Positions 1 to 13,288 of a stretch of DNA of 64,000 bases are shown here, piece by piece. Under the pieces are notes generated by a model. It saw only the letters and a list, made by a program, of their open reading frames with translations, had not been told where the DNA came from and did no database searches. Both the position numbers and the translations under genes were made by a program. Positions within the stretch are counted from its first letter, which is position 1. Each line of letters opens with the position of its first letter. Origin of the DNA: Octopus vulgaris (taxonomy: Eukaryota); contig OX597825.1 in assembly GCA_951406725.2 (NCBI GenBank), positions 74,462,001-74,526,000 of the forward strand. Direction: 5' to 3'.

Positions 1-56
1 AGCTTGTCAATAATTCCTCGACCGTCGCCGCATTCCCACACCCAGCACCTACACCC

Positions 57-300
57 TTAGGGTGTTGGACTTTCAATCACCAACATCGTGGTTTCTATTC
101 CCAAACCGGAAACCGGGTGGTGCGTTGTGCGCATGAGCAAAACACTTCAGCTTCACGTTGCTCTGCCGCCATCTCTTCGACACCTGACGCGTGACACCAT
201 GCACCCGTTCAGGCAACGTCGATTGGATGGAGGAAGTGACCTGGTGTACAGCACAAACATTCGATCCTTGAAAACAAATCATTTGTCCACGTCGTTCGGC
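57..300 (+). mobile_element. Decayed tRNA-derived SINE (family C, related to 37688-38018)
   Basis: ttagggtgttggact...gtggtttctattcccaaaccgg tRNA-like head, then gcgttgtgcgcatgagcaaaacacttcagcttcacgttgctc, matching gtgttcttgagcaagacactttatttcacgttgctc of the better copy. Confidence 0.55.
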
Positions 301-357
301 AAAATCTGAACACGCCATTATGAACTTTATTTCTACTATCATTACATTGCCTGAAAC

Positions 358-574
358 GCGACGAGTTGGCAGACTCGTTAGCACGTCGGGTGAAATACTT
401 AGCGGCATTTCATCCGTCTTTACGTTCTGAGTTCATAACCCGCCGAGTCCTCTTCGTCTTTTATCATTTCCGTGTCGATGAAATACATACCAGTTGTCTA
501 CTGAGGTTGATGTAATCGACTAGCCCCACCCCGCGTCCAAAACTTCCGGAATTGTGCCTATAGCAGAAAATATT
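358..574 (+). mobile_element. SINE family A copy (decayed)
   Basis: gagttggcagactcgttagcacgtcggg...ttacgttctgagttcataacccgccgag...gatgtaatcgactagcccc aligns by eye to the many family A copies. Confidence 0.8.
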
Positions 575-601
575 ACATTGTAAAATATACAACTCAAAAA
601 T

Positions 602-1020
602 GTGGTGAGCTGGCAGAATCGTTAAAACGCCAGGCAAAATGCTTAGCGGTATTTTGTCTGCCGTTACGTTCAGAGTTCAAATTCCGCCGAGGTCGACTTC
701 GCCTATCATCCTTTCGGGGTCGTTTAAATAAGTACCAGTTACGCTCTGGGGTCGATATAATCGACTTAATCCGTTTGTCTGTCTTTGTTTGTCCTCTCTG
801 TGTTTAGCCCCTTGTGGGTAGTAAAGAAATAGGTATTTCGTCTGCCGTTACGTTCAGAGTTCAAATTCCGCCGAGGTCGACTTTGCCTTTCATCCTTTCG
901 GGGTCGATCAAATAAGTACCAGTTACGCTCTGGGGTCGATATAATCGACTTAATCCGTTTGTCTGTCCTTGTTTGTGCTCTCTGTGTTTAGCCCCTTGTG
1001 TCTAGTAAAGAAATTGGTAT
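602..1020 (+). mobile_element. SINE family A, full copy plus tandem 5'-truncated second unit
   Basis: Head ggtgagctggcagaatcgtt; central gccgaggtcgactttgcctttcatcctttcggggtcgat...aagtaccag (resembles the Meta-SINE domain, from memory); tail ...gtaaagaaata; unit of about 184 bp repeated from 832. Confidence 0.9.
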
Positions 1021-1949
1021 TCCGGCCGCCTTAGCAGTATTTAGTCGACTAAGCATTCTATCCGTTCAGGCTCGATAAAATAAATATCAGCTTATCTACA
1101 CATGGGTATGAGTATAAATATCTGCATCCTTCTGCCAAGCCACGTCGAGCCAATGTGGTAGATTAGGCTCATGAAACCAGTATGATCTCAAAGCAGCATT
1201 TTAGCGGAGAGAACATGCCGAGGTTTTCGTTTTATAGTGGACTATACATAGACAATGCAATTCAAAATTTTAAAATGTATTCTTTCAATGCAGCCCGGTA
1301 CCAAATGGTAAGGGACCCCTGCTTTAAACAGTTACTAATAGATCCATTTTATACGCCATGAAAATTTCTTTTAAGAGCAGCTCATTAATAGAATGGGTTA
1401 AAATCAATCTTTTTATCTCAGTGAATTAACTCAAAGTTTTCTTGTTTCAGTATCATCAAGGTTAGGATTGTCAGCTAACATATTCCGCGTTCGTTGTTCG
1501 ACAGTTTTTCTTATTATTCATATAGTTAGTATAACGAATCAAGTAATACTGAGTTCCTCGGGGCATACAGAGTTTCTTGGGTACTTTAACTGATTCATTA
1601 GATTTCCTTTATTGCAATGTTGTTGTTGTTGGTATGAATGTGTCGTTAATGAGTTCTTGCTCAGCCCTCCAGCAACAAATGAGTGCGTTTCTCTCTAATG
1701 GTATAAATGATTGCACGAAGATTGCCATCACTTATTTTTGTTTTGTTGGGTACCTTTTTCCAAGAGATAAGAACGGTCTGTAGCATGTGAGTATAAGCGC
1801 TATGAAGCTTTGTCTTCAGATGTCTTGTAACTCTCTCAAACAATAAGGTGTGCATGCGTATATGTATGGATATATCTAAATATACATGTATCATAGTCCA
1901 GCGAAACAATATAGTGATCAACCTTTTGAAGACTCGAATTGTTTCGCTG

Positions 1950-2270
1950 GTGATCTACCAAACACTATGTGAGATTGTGACCAGTGGCCTCATCGAGTCA
2001 AACAAAACCGAGCAAAAGCTTCCAGGTAATGATAAAAACCTGCTGGCATATATTGACCTGAAACATTTAATCTAATTCAGCAGCTCATCTAAAGATCAGT
2101 TTTGGGGCAAGGTCTTCAACAGAATCTTATAATCAGCTGTATCGAAAGCTAAAATATAAGAGACCAGCATACGCCATTGGATAGATCGTTTACTTTAGTA
2201 CATTCAAACGTCGACTCATATGGTGAACTTCTGAACATACTTGTGTTCTCGGTCAGACTTTCACAAAAAA
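1950..2270 (-). mobile_element. Highly decayed non-LTR (CR1/L2/Jockey-like) reverse transcriptase fragment
   Basis: Minus strand reads AFDTADYKILLKTL...LLN*IKCF, resembling the AFDTVDHxILLxKL...LLxWIxSFL RT motif; stops and frameshifts. Confidence 0.5.
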
Positions 2271-2787
2271 AGATGTCAGCTCTTTCCTGTTATGTGTGAA
2301 AAATCCCAGTGGGTTAATTTCTAAATTTTTATCAATTATCTTCGCTGCGTTGTTAGTTGATTGAGTCACTGCTAAATTGGAAAAATGTGGTTGCATGCAG
2401 CTTTTCAGTCAACCAGATTTGTGAAGCTAATTGTCGTATATCCCGCCAAAAGTTTGTAACCAAATCACACTTCTCCGTCAAATCACACTTTACTTTATTA
2501 AAAGAGGAGAAAATATATTACGTAATGATAATGATATACTGCATAAGAATAATGATAAGCTATCTCTGGACAATGTGTTAGCTGTCTTAAAAAGCATATA
2601 TTTCCTCTATTGACGATGATCATGACTTTAAGAACAATAAATATATCTTACATAAGCAACCTATAGAAGCTAGGTTAATAACTGCTTCTAATGTTTCATA
2701 TTCCCGCAATGATTCCAAAACTGATGGTTTAATATCAGTGATATATTTTATGCTTAGTCGAGGAGAAAGTTAGTCGTTTATTATGAA

Positions 2788-3122
2788 CTAGCAGCATAGC
2801 CCAGCGTTGCCCGGATATGTAAGAACCCCTAGTAGGCAACGACTTGCGGCTGCAGCTGCGATTAGCAGAAGTATGCTAAGGTTATGTTGTCTGGTCATGT
2901 TTTCTCTCGTTGACTGCTTGAAGTGGCGGAATTTATAAATTTTTTTCAGAACTGGGGGAACTTTTCAAAATTTTCGCTGCGTTAGTTTTGAATTATGACA
3001 TTGGGCTATGTCTGTGTCAAGTTTCCTCAGAATCGGTCGAAAGCCATGGTCAGGGTGAGGGTACAACCTGACAGACACACAGACACACAGACAGACAACC
3101 TGCCTTTTATATATAGAGAAGA
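2788..3122 (-). mobile_element. Non-autonomous Helitron
   Basis: Minus strand begins A|TCTTCTCTATATATAAAAGG and ends with the GC-rich hairpin ccgggcaacgctggg, then CTAG|T; inserted between A and T, no TSD. Confidence 0.75.
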
Positions 3123-3482
3123 TAATGGTTATTTCTATCGGGATATGTCTTTCCTATTCTTCTCATTTCTCAAAGAAAACTATTACATAGAGAGAAATCG
3201 TATGACAAATTATCTATTAAATACAAAAATAAAAAAAGGTTCTGCTGTTGCATTTTACTTGAAAGTTATTGCAACCATATTACTAAGTCAGGCAAGTCAG
3301 AGCTATCTTAGAGTTGTGAAGAAAACAATTCTAATTAATTAGTAATACTTATTTTATGAGAAGAGAGCATTAGCCTAATTGCTAATATTATTTAATGATG
3401 TAACTTTAGCAAGAAGGAGCAATTATTCTCAGCGGCGACTCTATGAGCGTGAGCAAGAACACACATACCCACACACCACGGT

Positions 3483-3527
3483 TATATATATATACATGCA
3501 TATGTATACATACATATGTGTGTGTAA

Positions 3528-3558
<31 letters not shown>

Positions 3559-3682
3559 GAGAGGGTTGGTGATGTCCAGTACCCATATATGCATATATAT
3601 GTATTTATTATTATTATTATTATTATTATACATACACACAAAAAACATACATACATACATACATATATATATATATACATAA

Positions 3683-3776
<94 letters not shown>

Positions 3777-3790
3777 ATAAACAATATATG
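3483..3790. repeat. Compound (TA)n/(TTA)n/(CATA)n/(TG)n microsatellite
   Basis: Directly visible; source of the YI-repeat ORFs. Confidence 0.95.
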
Positions 3791-3925
3791 TAGTGGGCTA
3801 TGTGGTAAGTAGCTTGCTTACCAACCACATGGCTCCCGGTTCAGTCCCACTGTGTGGTACCACGGTCCCACCAAAGCCTTGTGAGTGGATTTGATAGACA
3901 GAAACTGAAAGAAGACCGTCGTGTG
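3790..3925 (+). mobile_element. SINE family B 5' part, internally deleted
   Basis: tgtggtaagtagcttgcttaccaaccacatggctcccggttcagtcccactg...ccaaagccttgtgagtggatttgatagacagaaactgaaagaag. Confidence 0.85.
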
Positions 3926-4189
3926 TGTTTTTGTATAGCAAATGCTTTGTACGAACACAAACTGTGTCGATAGCCAGCCGAAAAAGATGTTTTCTTGGGT
4001 TGACAACAATACTAACATATCCATTATAGGACTGCCACGTTCTGTTGGCATATTACTAATATATATGCACACACACAGATATGCAATAAATTTGGCTTAT
4101 TTGCAATTTACAACCGGAAGGCAGAACTATAGACTTCCCTAATGTGACGAAGGTTACTTAGCACCAGTATTGCTAGAAATAAGAGGCAG

Positions 4190-4293
4190 AACAACTCTTA
4201 GCCGCGATAAAGCACTTATCTTTTGCCTCGGAAGCCATGAGGAGTTTGCCTCCCTTTTCAGTCATAATTGCTTTATCGTGGCTAAGAATTGTT
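4190..4293. repeat. 30-bp inverted repeat hairpin (MITE-like)
   Basis: aacaactcttagccgcgataaagcacttat versus ataattgctttatcgtggctaagaattgtt; 27/30 complementary, 44-nt spacer. Confidence 0.8.
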
Positions 4294-4779
4294 TTAACTT
4301 TTATTTCTAATCATCCAGAAGTAGATAACTATGCCTACATGTACCAAATTCTCACTAACTGTTTTTAAGTTGCTGTATGGTCGCGAGCAGACAAACATCC
4401 GGTTATTAACTGACTCGCAAAACTTCGAAGATGTTGCTGCTGGGAGGAGGAAAGTCTGCAGCAGCAGGAAGCTAGAATTTATTTTCGATCGAGTAGTTTC
4501 AAGCAACGTGAAATGAATTACATTGCTCAAGGATATAACACTCCATCTCGTACAGTATTCGAACCTATCACCCTATGAGAGTGAGCCCAGTATACCTGCC
4601 CACAGGTCTATATTATATCCATATTTATCTATCATGAATTGACATATAAAAACTAATACACGCTGTTAACTGAAAGATATATAAAGATATACTTTATCCA
4701 TAGGTATTTTGTAAATATTCTTCAAACTCAACCTCATGATTCTCTCTCTCTCTTCTTTCTCACTGTTTCTTTTTCTCTT

Positions 4780-4951
4780 TATATGTTTATATATATATAT
4801 ATTAACGCCTATGCGTTATTATATGATAGTTTCTTCTAACATATAATATATAATATATATCATGTGCGTCTACATATATATATACACAGATATATGTACA
4901 TACACACATATATATGTATACACGCATATATATATATGTACATATACACAC

Positions 4952-5009
<58 letters not shown>

Positions 5010-5050
5010 TATTTATATATATGTACAAATACATATATAAACATATATAT
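4780..5050. repeat. (TA)n/(CA)n compound microsatellite
   Basis: Directly visible. Confidence 0.95.
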
Positions 5051-7615
5051 AAATTGTGCATATGACAGTATGTGGTCTTTATTGATTTCGTTTTTGTTAG
5101 AACCCTACCAGTAGAGTGATAGAATATATTATGTGATATCATTCAATATTCTCTAGCATGTATCTATGTAAATATTTAAGCATTTCTAATGGCAGTCTAC
5201 TTAATATGAAAGCAAAGTAGTTCGTGTATTTTTCTAATTTTATTTTTTACGGTTTTTTCCCTATATATCAGATATCAATAATATATCACGCATGTTTACA
5301 TTAATATTTATCAATACAATGTTAACTTTTCCTAAGTAATATTTCCAAGTCATTACTTTCTATGGTATCACATATCTTTTACCGATAACCTATACAGATC
5401 TTCAATATATGTTGTATACACAATATACTTCAATATATGTTGTATATATAAAGGGAAGATAAAGGAGTGAAGGTGTAATTCAATACTTCTATGAGTTAGT
5501 AGTGTCTCGGCGGGAACAGGTATAATCGATAACCTTATGTCAGTCAGGGGTGTTTATACAGTGAAACATATATTTCTCATAAATCATATAAGGACTTAAC
5601 CCTTCTTTTCACACATTAATTGATTGAGTACAAACTACATTTGTTCATGAATAACAACGCGCAGATGTTCGATAGTAAACTACGAAATACTAAAAATTCA
5701 GAAATATTCGCTGACCTTTGTAACAGACTTAAATCTGTTTAGGTGTAATTTTATCTATGATACATATGACACTAAACTGATCTTATAAACTTTACATATT
5801 ACTGCACATATTCGTGCTATCCTTTTTCATCAAATGCATAATATATCTGAAAGAATGCTAATGAGATATTACATTACTGTTGAGAGTGTGATTATAATCG
5901 TTATGTTATGCTAATATAGATTAACCCAGTTCTTTACCAAGAACTATAATTACGACCGCAATGATACTTCGTGACATTTTGCTGTTGCGATATTGTGGTT
6001 ATGAATCTGGGTGTTACGTCTTCTGTTCACACCCTGTGCTTGTTGTATGGTGTGGTATCATTCTCATCGTGGAATTATAATTCGTAGTAGAGCTTCTGAT
6101 GAGATATTTCTTACTCTCTAGATAGTTTATGATCGACATACGCTTACAGAAACATCTCGAATACATTTGTAATATAGTTCTAAATGAATGATTATGCAGT
6201 AAAAGTAAAGAAATATGAATTGTTTAAGAGCGCTGTCGTTTCAAATAATTGTTTAGTTTCGAAGATTTCCAGCAGATATCAAGACTGGGTTTATTTATAT
6301 TAATAATTACAATGGCTAATATTGCATTCAAATAATTAATGAATATTGGCCGTACACCCAATTTTAATTACCTCATTGTCATCATTTATGATCTGGGAAT
6401 CACATGGCATAATCAGTTGATGGCTTGTCCATTATGGTTTTGGTAGAACTCATAAATTTTCCGAGGGAAAGTTTGCATCGGAAGATTGGTCTATTGTTTC
6501 TACAATGTATTACCATCCATTCGCTATGCCTTGTGCCAGAAACGTCTAACGATATAATTTGTGCACAGGTAGTAACAGATTCTGTATTCAAGTTATGTCA
6601 GAATCTCTTTCACAAAGATCTTACAAAACCGTAATTGCCCTTATGCCATTGCACCTATATACCGATGTGCAAATGTGCCGATGTACATGCGTGTGCTAAA
6701 TGTGAAATATTTTACAGATGTTTTGAACACTGAGCAGAAACACAAGACTTTGTAGCTGATTCCTTGGTCTGAGTCTTAAAGCTAATAAAAAGATTATGCC
6801 TGTGTATAGGCAGTTGCTATTTAGGCTATTAGCAAGAGATCCTGGGCCCTGACAGTGGAGGTCGCGTGATCAGGAGGTTAGGATGTTGCATTCATGATCA
6901 CAAGATCGAGATTTCGATTTCCAAAGCGGTCTGTACATTGCGTTGTTGAGCAGAACACTTTATGTTAAATTTCTGTAAATGAGTAACTCTGCAACAGACT
7001 GCAAGGGAATGTCGTGTTCTCACTCACTCATACGCCATGGAAACCGCATAACCGATGGTGTGCATTCTAGGGCTCAAGGCAGTAATGTCCAGGCATTGAG
7101 GATAGTTAGTTCTTATTTGCTGGGAAATAAAGTCAATTTGAACTGTATCCTCAATTCTACCATTTATGACATGACATCATTGATATGACATTGACAAATG
7201 CTGAGAATATCGGGGAATCTTCAAGCCCAGAATAAGGGGAAAATACTTGATCGACATGTCCAAGATTCTTATACAATGAATGTCGTGTATTTACAGACCT
7301 ACGCTAAAGAATTATAACAAAAAAAAAACAGTCGTATTCAGATATGTATTGTGTCCAGCGTAAGCAGTTCTCTTTTTCTTTCAACAATGATAATCAATTA
7401 GTATTTCTTTCACTGTAAATGATTGTAACCATGACGACAGTTGAAATGGACAAGAGTGAAAGTAGTCAAAAGTCTGTTATTTCTGCTCTGATGGAAATCT
7501 GATTAATTCTTCGAATAATGCGATTGGAGTTTGTCGCAGAATAAATGACATAGGAGGTGGGTGAGATTGGAATTTGATTGTGGATTTGGCAGGTGGCAAC
7601 TGATAGAAGCCCGTC

Positions 7616-7666
<51 letters not shown>

Positions 7667-7668
<2 letters not shown>

Positions 7669-7832
7669 GGTCCCGGGTTGAGTCGGGGTTAACCACAGTA
7701 AATAAGGTACTCAATACATAGCAGAGTAAATTAATTTATTTTATAGAAGGAGCTTCTACAGGACTAGAACTGTTTCATGATGATTTCATCTGAATGAAAC
7801 AGTTCTAGTCCTGTAGAAGCTCCTTCTATAAA

Positions 7833-7838
<6 letters not shown>
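7667..7838. mobile_element. Probable PLE terminal-repeat fragment ending in a perfect 45-bp foldback
   Basis: 7734-7778 is the exact reverse complement of 7794-7838; the centre contains tgatga...gaaac hammerhead-like words; (TA)n on both sides. Confidence 0.6.
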
Positions 7839-7895
<57 letters not shown>

Positions 7896-7999
7896 TGAGT
7901 GAACACTGGAGAGTAATCACAAAATTTTCTTGTGATTTGCCGTTAAAGGCTTACCAAATGGCGGGGAATAGTTCGTAGGTAACGTTTCAATATCCTTTT

Positions 8000-8215
8000 A
8001 TCTTTTTTACTTGTTTCAGTCATTTGATTACGGCCATGCAGAAGTACCACCTAGAAGTGTTTTAGTTGAACAAATCGACACCAGAACTTAAGCCTAGTAC
8101 TTATTCTATCCCTCACTTTTGTCAAACCGACAGGTTACAGAGACGTAAACACAGCACTACTTGTCAAGCGGTGATGAGGGCGGACAAGCAGGGACACAAA
8201 AACACTGACACACAA
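8000..8215 (-). mobile_element. SINE family B 3' half
   Basis: ttttacttgtttcagtcatttgattacggccatg...gacgtaaacacagcactacttgtcaagcg. Confidence 0.8.
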
Positions 8216-8249
8216 CACACACACACACATGTAGACATGCACAAATTCT

Positions 8250-8600
8250 GTAAGTTTAAAACCTTTCATCGGATCTCCATGAATCGAACTTTCTTCAATG
8301 CAGTTAATCTTACAACCTCTTTTGTATCTACCCCTTTTGATGTTTGGGAATTCTCTGATGTTTTTTACGGCTGACGAGTACGAGCCATCTGTATTCACTG
8401 CATTTTTTGTAGCTTATTAAAGATGTCCTCGTACGAAACGATCGTACCGAGATTTTAATCCATTCTTGTTGCTTTTTTCCTATTTGTAATCACCCCACTT
8501 GTCGTATGGTTAACACCATATAGATTTCCGGTGCATCCTAGTTAAGGACCATATTCATGTGAATTCTTTAGAATTCACTAGAATCTCAATTACTTAACCG
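8250..8600 (+). mobile_element. PLE 3' end / pseudo-LTR fragment carrying a hammerhead ribozyme
   Basis: FKTFHRISMNR resembles PLE C-terminal motifs; followed by the hammerhead; ends in (TA)n. Confidence 0.55.
8368..8449 (+). ncRNA. Type I hammerhead ribozyme, canonical core
   Basis: CGG-CUGACGA-GUACGAG...CUCGUAC-GAAAC-GAUC-GUA^CCG: 3-bp stem I, 7-bp stem II with long insert, palindromic stem III ACGAUCGU, cleavage predicted after 8446. Confidence 0.88.
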
Positions 8601-8659
<59 letters not shown>

Positions 8660-8663
<4 letters not shown>

Positions 8664-8806
8664 GTTTGTTTCAGTTTCCGTCTACCAAATCCACTCACAA
8701 GGCATTGTTCGGTCTGAGGCCATAGTAGAACAAACATGCCCATGGTGCCACACGGGAACTGAACCACGGGGACCATGTGGTTAGGATGCAAGCTTCTAAC
8801 CACAAC
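8660..8806 (-). mobile_element. SINE family B 5' half
   Basis: ttcagtttccgtctaccaaatccactcacaaggc...gaactgaaccacggggaccatgtggtt. Confidence 0.8.
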
Positions 8807-9014
8807 CAATATTTTTTGAGAAAAAGCTTAAAGTGACAATGTTTTTTGAAAGAGAACGGTGGCTTAAAAGTTACAGAAACTTCTAGATGAACAAAAAGAC
8901 GAAGTAGACGAAAGTTAATGTAACTGAATAACTCACCAGACAAGATTATATAAGTTATCTGGAAAATTAAGTGGAAAATTTATGGAGGAGGCATCACATA
9001 CAATAGTACGTACG

Positions 9015-9159
9015 CATATATATATGCATAATGTACATGTATATATATATATATGCATAATGTATATATATATATATATATATATATATGCATAATGTAT
9101 ATGTATATATATATATGCATAATGTATATATATATATATATATATATATATGCATAATG

Positions 9160-9199
<40 letters not shown>

Positions 9200-9258
9200 G
9201 TATATGTATATATATATATATATAATGTATATATATATATATATATATATGCATAATG

Positions 9259-9291
<33 letters not shown>

Positions 9292-9440
9292 GCCTGTATG
9301 TATATGTATGTATATATAGATATATATATACGCACACGAATATATACGTATATATTTATAAATATATATGTATATACATATATATACATACATGCATATA
9401 TATATATTCGTGTGTGTATATATATACATGTGTGTGTGGA
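9015..9440. repeat. (TA)n microsatellite with recurring (gc)ataatgta punctuation (higher-order repeat)
   Basis: atgcataatgta or tataatgta recurs about 8 times, separated by variable TA runs. Confidence 0.9.
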
Positions 9441-9619
9441 GGGGTATGTTCCGTATCTTGTTGCGGCATCTATAGTGTAACATTATCGTTATTATATTTC
9501 TTTTTTTCCTGTCATTTGTTTTGTCTCATATCTATATCTGTCTGTCTTATGTTTTAATAATCTCTCCGCCATATCAATTTCCATTATACTGCGTGTTGCT
9601 TTCATATTAGAAACTGGTT

Positions 9620-10040
9620 TAGATTGGTTTGAAACTATGGCACAAAGTCAGCAATTTCAAGCTAGGGGTCAAGTCGATTACATCGATCCCAGGGTTTTCA
9701 CTGGTACTTATTTTATCGATCTCGATTTGACGGAAGGCAAGCTCGACCTCGCCGGAATTTGAACTCAGAACTTGAAGACAGACGAAATGCCGCTGAGCAT
9801 TTCATCCAGCGTGTTAAGCCACTTTAGTAATAATAGTTGTTTCTTGTAAGGCACGATACCAGTAGTTTTGAAAGGAGCGAGTAAGTCGATACTATGGGTT
9901 CCAGTACTTAACTAATATTTCGTTGTATAGCGTTCTGAGTTCAAATTCCGCCGAGGTCAACTTTGCCTTTCATCCTTTCCCCAAAGATTTCGAACCTTGT
10001 GCCTAGAGTAGAAAAGAATTTTTCGATGTATAGACTCCGT

Positions 10041-10111
<71 letters not shown>

Positions 10112-10780
10112 GTGCGTGTGTCGGGGGTGTAATTGAAGCCACAGTGTTACATTCGACTCTCAAACGATTTTGACAACTCACCACTTTAATAATACTTCAG
10201 GAACAAGGCCTGAATTGGGGGGGGGGTCGGAGTTGACTAGTCGATTACATCGACTCCAGTGCTATACTGGTACTTATATTATCGACCTATTAACGATAAA
10301 AAGCAAAGTCGACCTCACCGAAGTTTGAACTCAGATCGTAGACACAGACGAAATAACCCTAAGCATTTCGTCCGGCGTGCTAACGATTCTTATTTCTTTA
10401 TTTCCCACAAGGGGATAGAGGGGACAAACAAGGACATTAAGTCGATTACATCGACCCCAGTGCGTAACTGGTACTTAATTTATCGACCCCGAAAGGATGA
10501 AAGGCAAAGTCGACCTCAGCGGAACTTGAACTTAGAACGTAACAGCAGACGAAATACCGCTAAGTAGTTCGCTCGGCGTGCTAACGTTTCTGCCAGCTCG
10601 CCGCCTTTCACCACCTTGATAATGGTTCCAAATTTGCCTGAAGGGCAGCTATTTTGAGGGAGGAGATGAGTCGTTTACATAGACCCCCCAAGGTTTCACT
10701 GGTACTTAATTTATCGAGCTCGAAAGGAGGGAATGCAAAATCGACTGCAGATCCAAGCCATCACTGGAACTGTAAGAATC
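9620..10780 (-). mobile_element. Cluster of family A SINE copies, mostly minus strand, including a young copy at 10391-10606 nested in an older one
   Basis: Repeated gtcgattacatcgacccc...ctggtactta...tttatcgaccccgaaaggatgaaaggcaaagtcgacctc; short plus-strand fragment at about 9930-10020. Confidence 0.85.
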
Positions 10781-13191
10781 TGTAAAACTTTTCAAAAGCT
10801 TATTTAAGCATATATGAGCATGTCTAGACGTGCAAATAAATGAATGAGAATAAATACATAAAACAAAGCATACAACTCTGCACATATACATACATACACA
10901 CATACATACATACATAGATACATACATACATACAAAAATATCCTGTTGATGTTGTTGGAATTCCTATGAAGGAGCCTTGGATCTAGGTTAGAACCCCACC
11001 ACCCGCCCACCCACCTTTGCCTATTGACAAGAACTCTTGAAATAAAAGTGAATAATGACTTACATACATATGTATGCGTATATGTATATCTATGTATCTA
11101 TATAAGTATGTATGGATGTATGGACATGTAGACACACGTCCATACAACCATACGCATCCATACATCCATACACGCCCATACATGTATGTACGTGGGTATT
11201 ATGTTAAAATTAATAGTATCTGATAGATAGTCGAGTGTCTCAACTGATTTTCTGATTATTATTCTGTATTATACATAATTTTTCTTTCTTTCATATATTG
11301 TAACTGATTCAGCCGTTCACTGTCAATATTAGGAGAAAACAAAGAACGAACTAATTCGCGATTGAGAGTAGAAAATATTTCAAGGGACAATCTATAGATT
11401 ATGTGCAAAATATAGCAAAACGTTTTATTTGAAATTTTTTAAAAATTGAACGATAAAAATATTCGTTCGAATGTATTAGTGCCAGTTCAGGAAATTTGTG
11501 AGTCAAAGTACTTAATTTGTAAGTCAAATTCCATGTGTGTAATTTATACTACTTGACAGACAAAAAAGAAATCAATATTTAACAATATGTTAGGAATTAG
11601 TGTGTCGAAGCGTCAAAATATGTGAGATAATTGTTTGCATAATATTTCCATCTCAGTATTCTAATTATATTAAAGATCTGCGTCTAGTTTATTCGGCTTC
11701 GTATCATAGCTTGTGAGTGGTAAAAAAAAAAGCGAGACATTCACGGCTGAAAAGCCGTCATTAAAACCACCCTAAAGATCGTATGGAACAGTACAATGAG
11801 ACCCCATGCGAGAACAAGTACGGTTTAGTACCATGCAAAGCTTTTGTTAACTGTTTTTGCAACTTATGTAGTCGAGAGCAAGTTTACAGGCTTTCTCAGC
11901 CTTCTCACCATTGTCTCAGCGGCACGTCGAGAATACGACAGCAGGAGGGAGGGTGAGTGAAAGAGAGCGTCACCGACATCCATCTTGAACACATTTGCAG
12001 CTTCGAAGACAACAGCAACGTCAGACGAAGTGCTTTGCTCAATGACACATACAACACGTCAGTAAGTCCTGAAGTCGACACTACGACATCATGACCATGA
12101 AATGAACACCCTAGCCACTAGGTCACTCACCATAACATCCTAGAGGTAAACATCACCATGTAACTGGGAGTATTTTAGCTGATAATTAATAAATATAGGC
12201 TATCATTGATATTTTTCAAAAGCGCATAAGTAATGTACATGTTGTTGTGAAGTTGAGAATCGCATCCTCTTTGACATTGTAGATCTAGAATCAAAAAGGA
12301 GTCGGCAGTAATACTCTCTATATTAATTTTAATATAGTGCTACTATATTTCTAAGTACTATTGAGACGTCATGGCGTGAGATTTTAAAAGAAAACTTAGC
12401 TGCTATTTCTAGTAGATGGGGTAACCATCTAGAGGTTTTCTCGATAGCCCGACTCGTAGCTCAACATCTATATAGAATATTCTATTCGTTACTCCTCTGA
12501 AATATATTCAAATGATGGAAATATATCGATCATTTATAAGATGAGGCGTAATATTTTCAATATCTTTATCTGTAATTAGATTTATGAAAGAAAGGAACTT
12601 TAAATATCCTTATATATCTTCTATATTATTGGACAGAGCCAGAACCGTAAGCAATTCGGTGCAGCTAATGCATCGATTTTACTACCTTGAAACCTTGAAA
12701 CTATTTCCAACTGAGAAATATATTCGGGATATTAGACTATTAGATATTAAATGTCACCTTCTTCACAGGATTCAATTGTATCTAGCAATTTATACAATCG
12801 ATAAATCAATATATACGCAGTACTGTACTCAAAGGCAGTAAAGTAACTGGTGTTTTGCTGCCATTAGCGCGTACTAAAGAGGAAACATTAACAGAAAAAT
12901 TATTACTTCACACAACGCCGATGAAGTACTAGAAGCACAAGCGTGTGCCAGGAAAAGATGTATTAAATATAAGTATGTATTTACCTAAATACGTATGAGA
13001 CCACGTTACTTTCGTGTATCCTTTTACTTTAGACATCATTATATTCTATATTACATTGTAGATATGAAAAGGAATTCATTTCCCGTTTATTGAGCGCTTT
13101 GTTAAAATGTTTACATGAAAAACGAATTTTCTTCATATTTGCAAATTTCTGCTTATATATATTTATGTATATATATATATATTTATATTTA

Positions 13192-13222
<31 letters not shown>

Positions 13223-13288
13223 AATAATATTTCAATCATCATATTATCATTATAATATTCAATTTTTTAAGTTGCCTTTAAATTAATA

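Noticed and set aside
6096-6175. ctgatgag...hairpin...cgaatac as a hammerhead
   Set aside because: Stem uses core nucleotides, GAAA is broken and there is no stem I
6400-6634. Overlapping 63/69-aa ORFs as exons
   Set aside because: Short, no recognisable motif, no convincing splice sites
9015-9300. CRISPR-like array
   Set aside because: Eukaryotic context, spacers are pure TA, no cas genes
12917-13010. ccgatgaag...gagaccacgtt hammerhead-like words
   Set aside because: Both conserved boxes are mutated and helices are unconvincing
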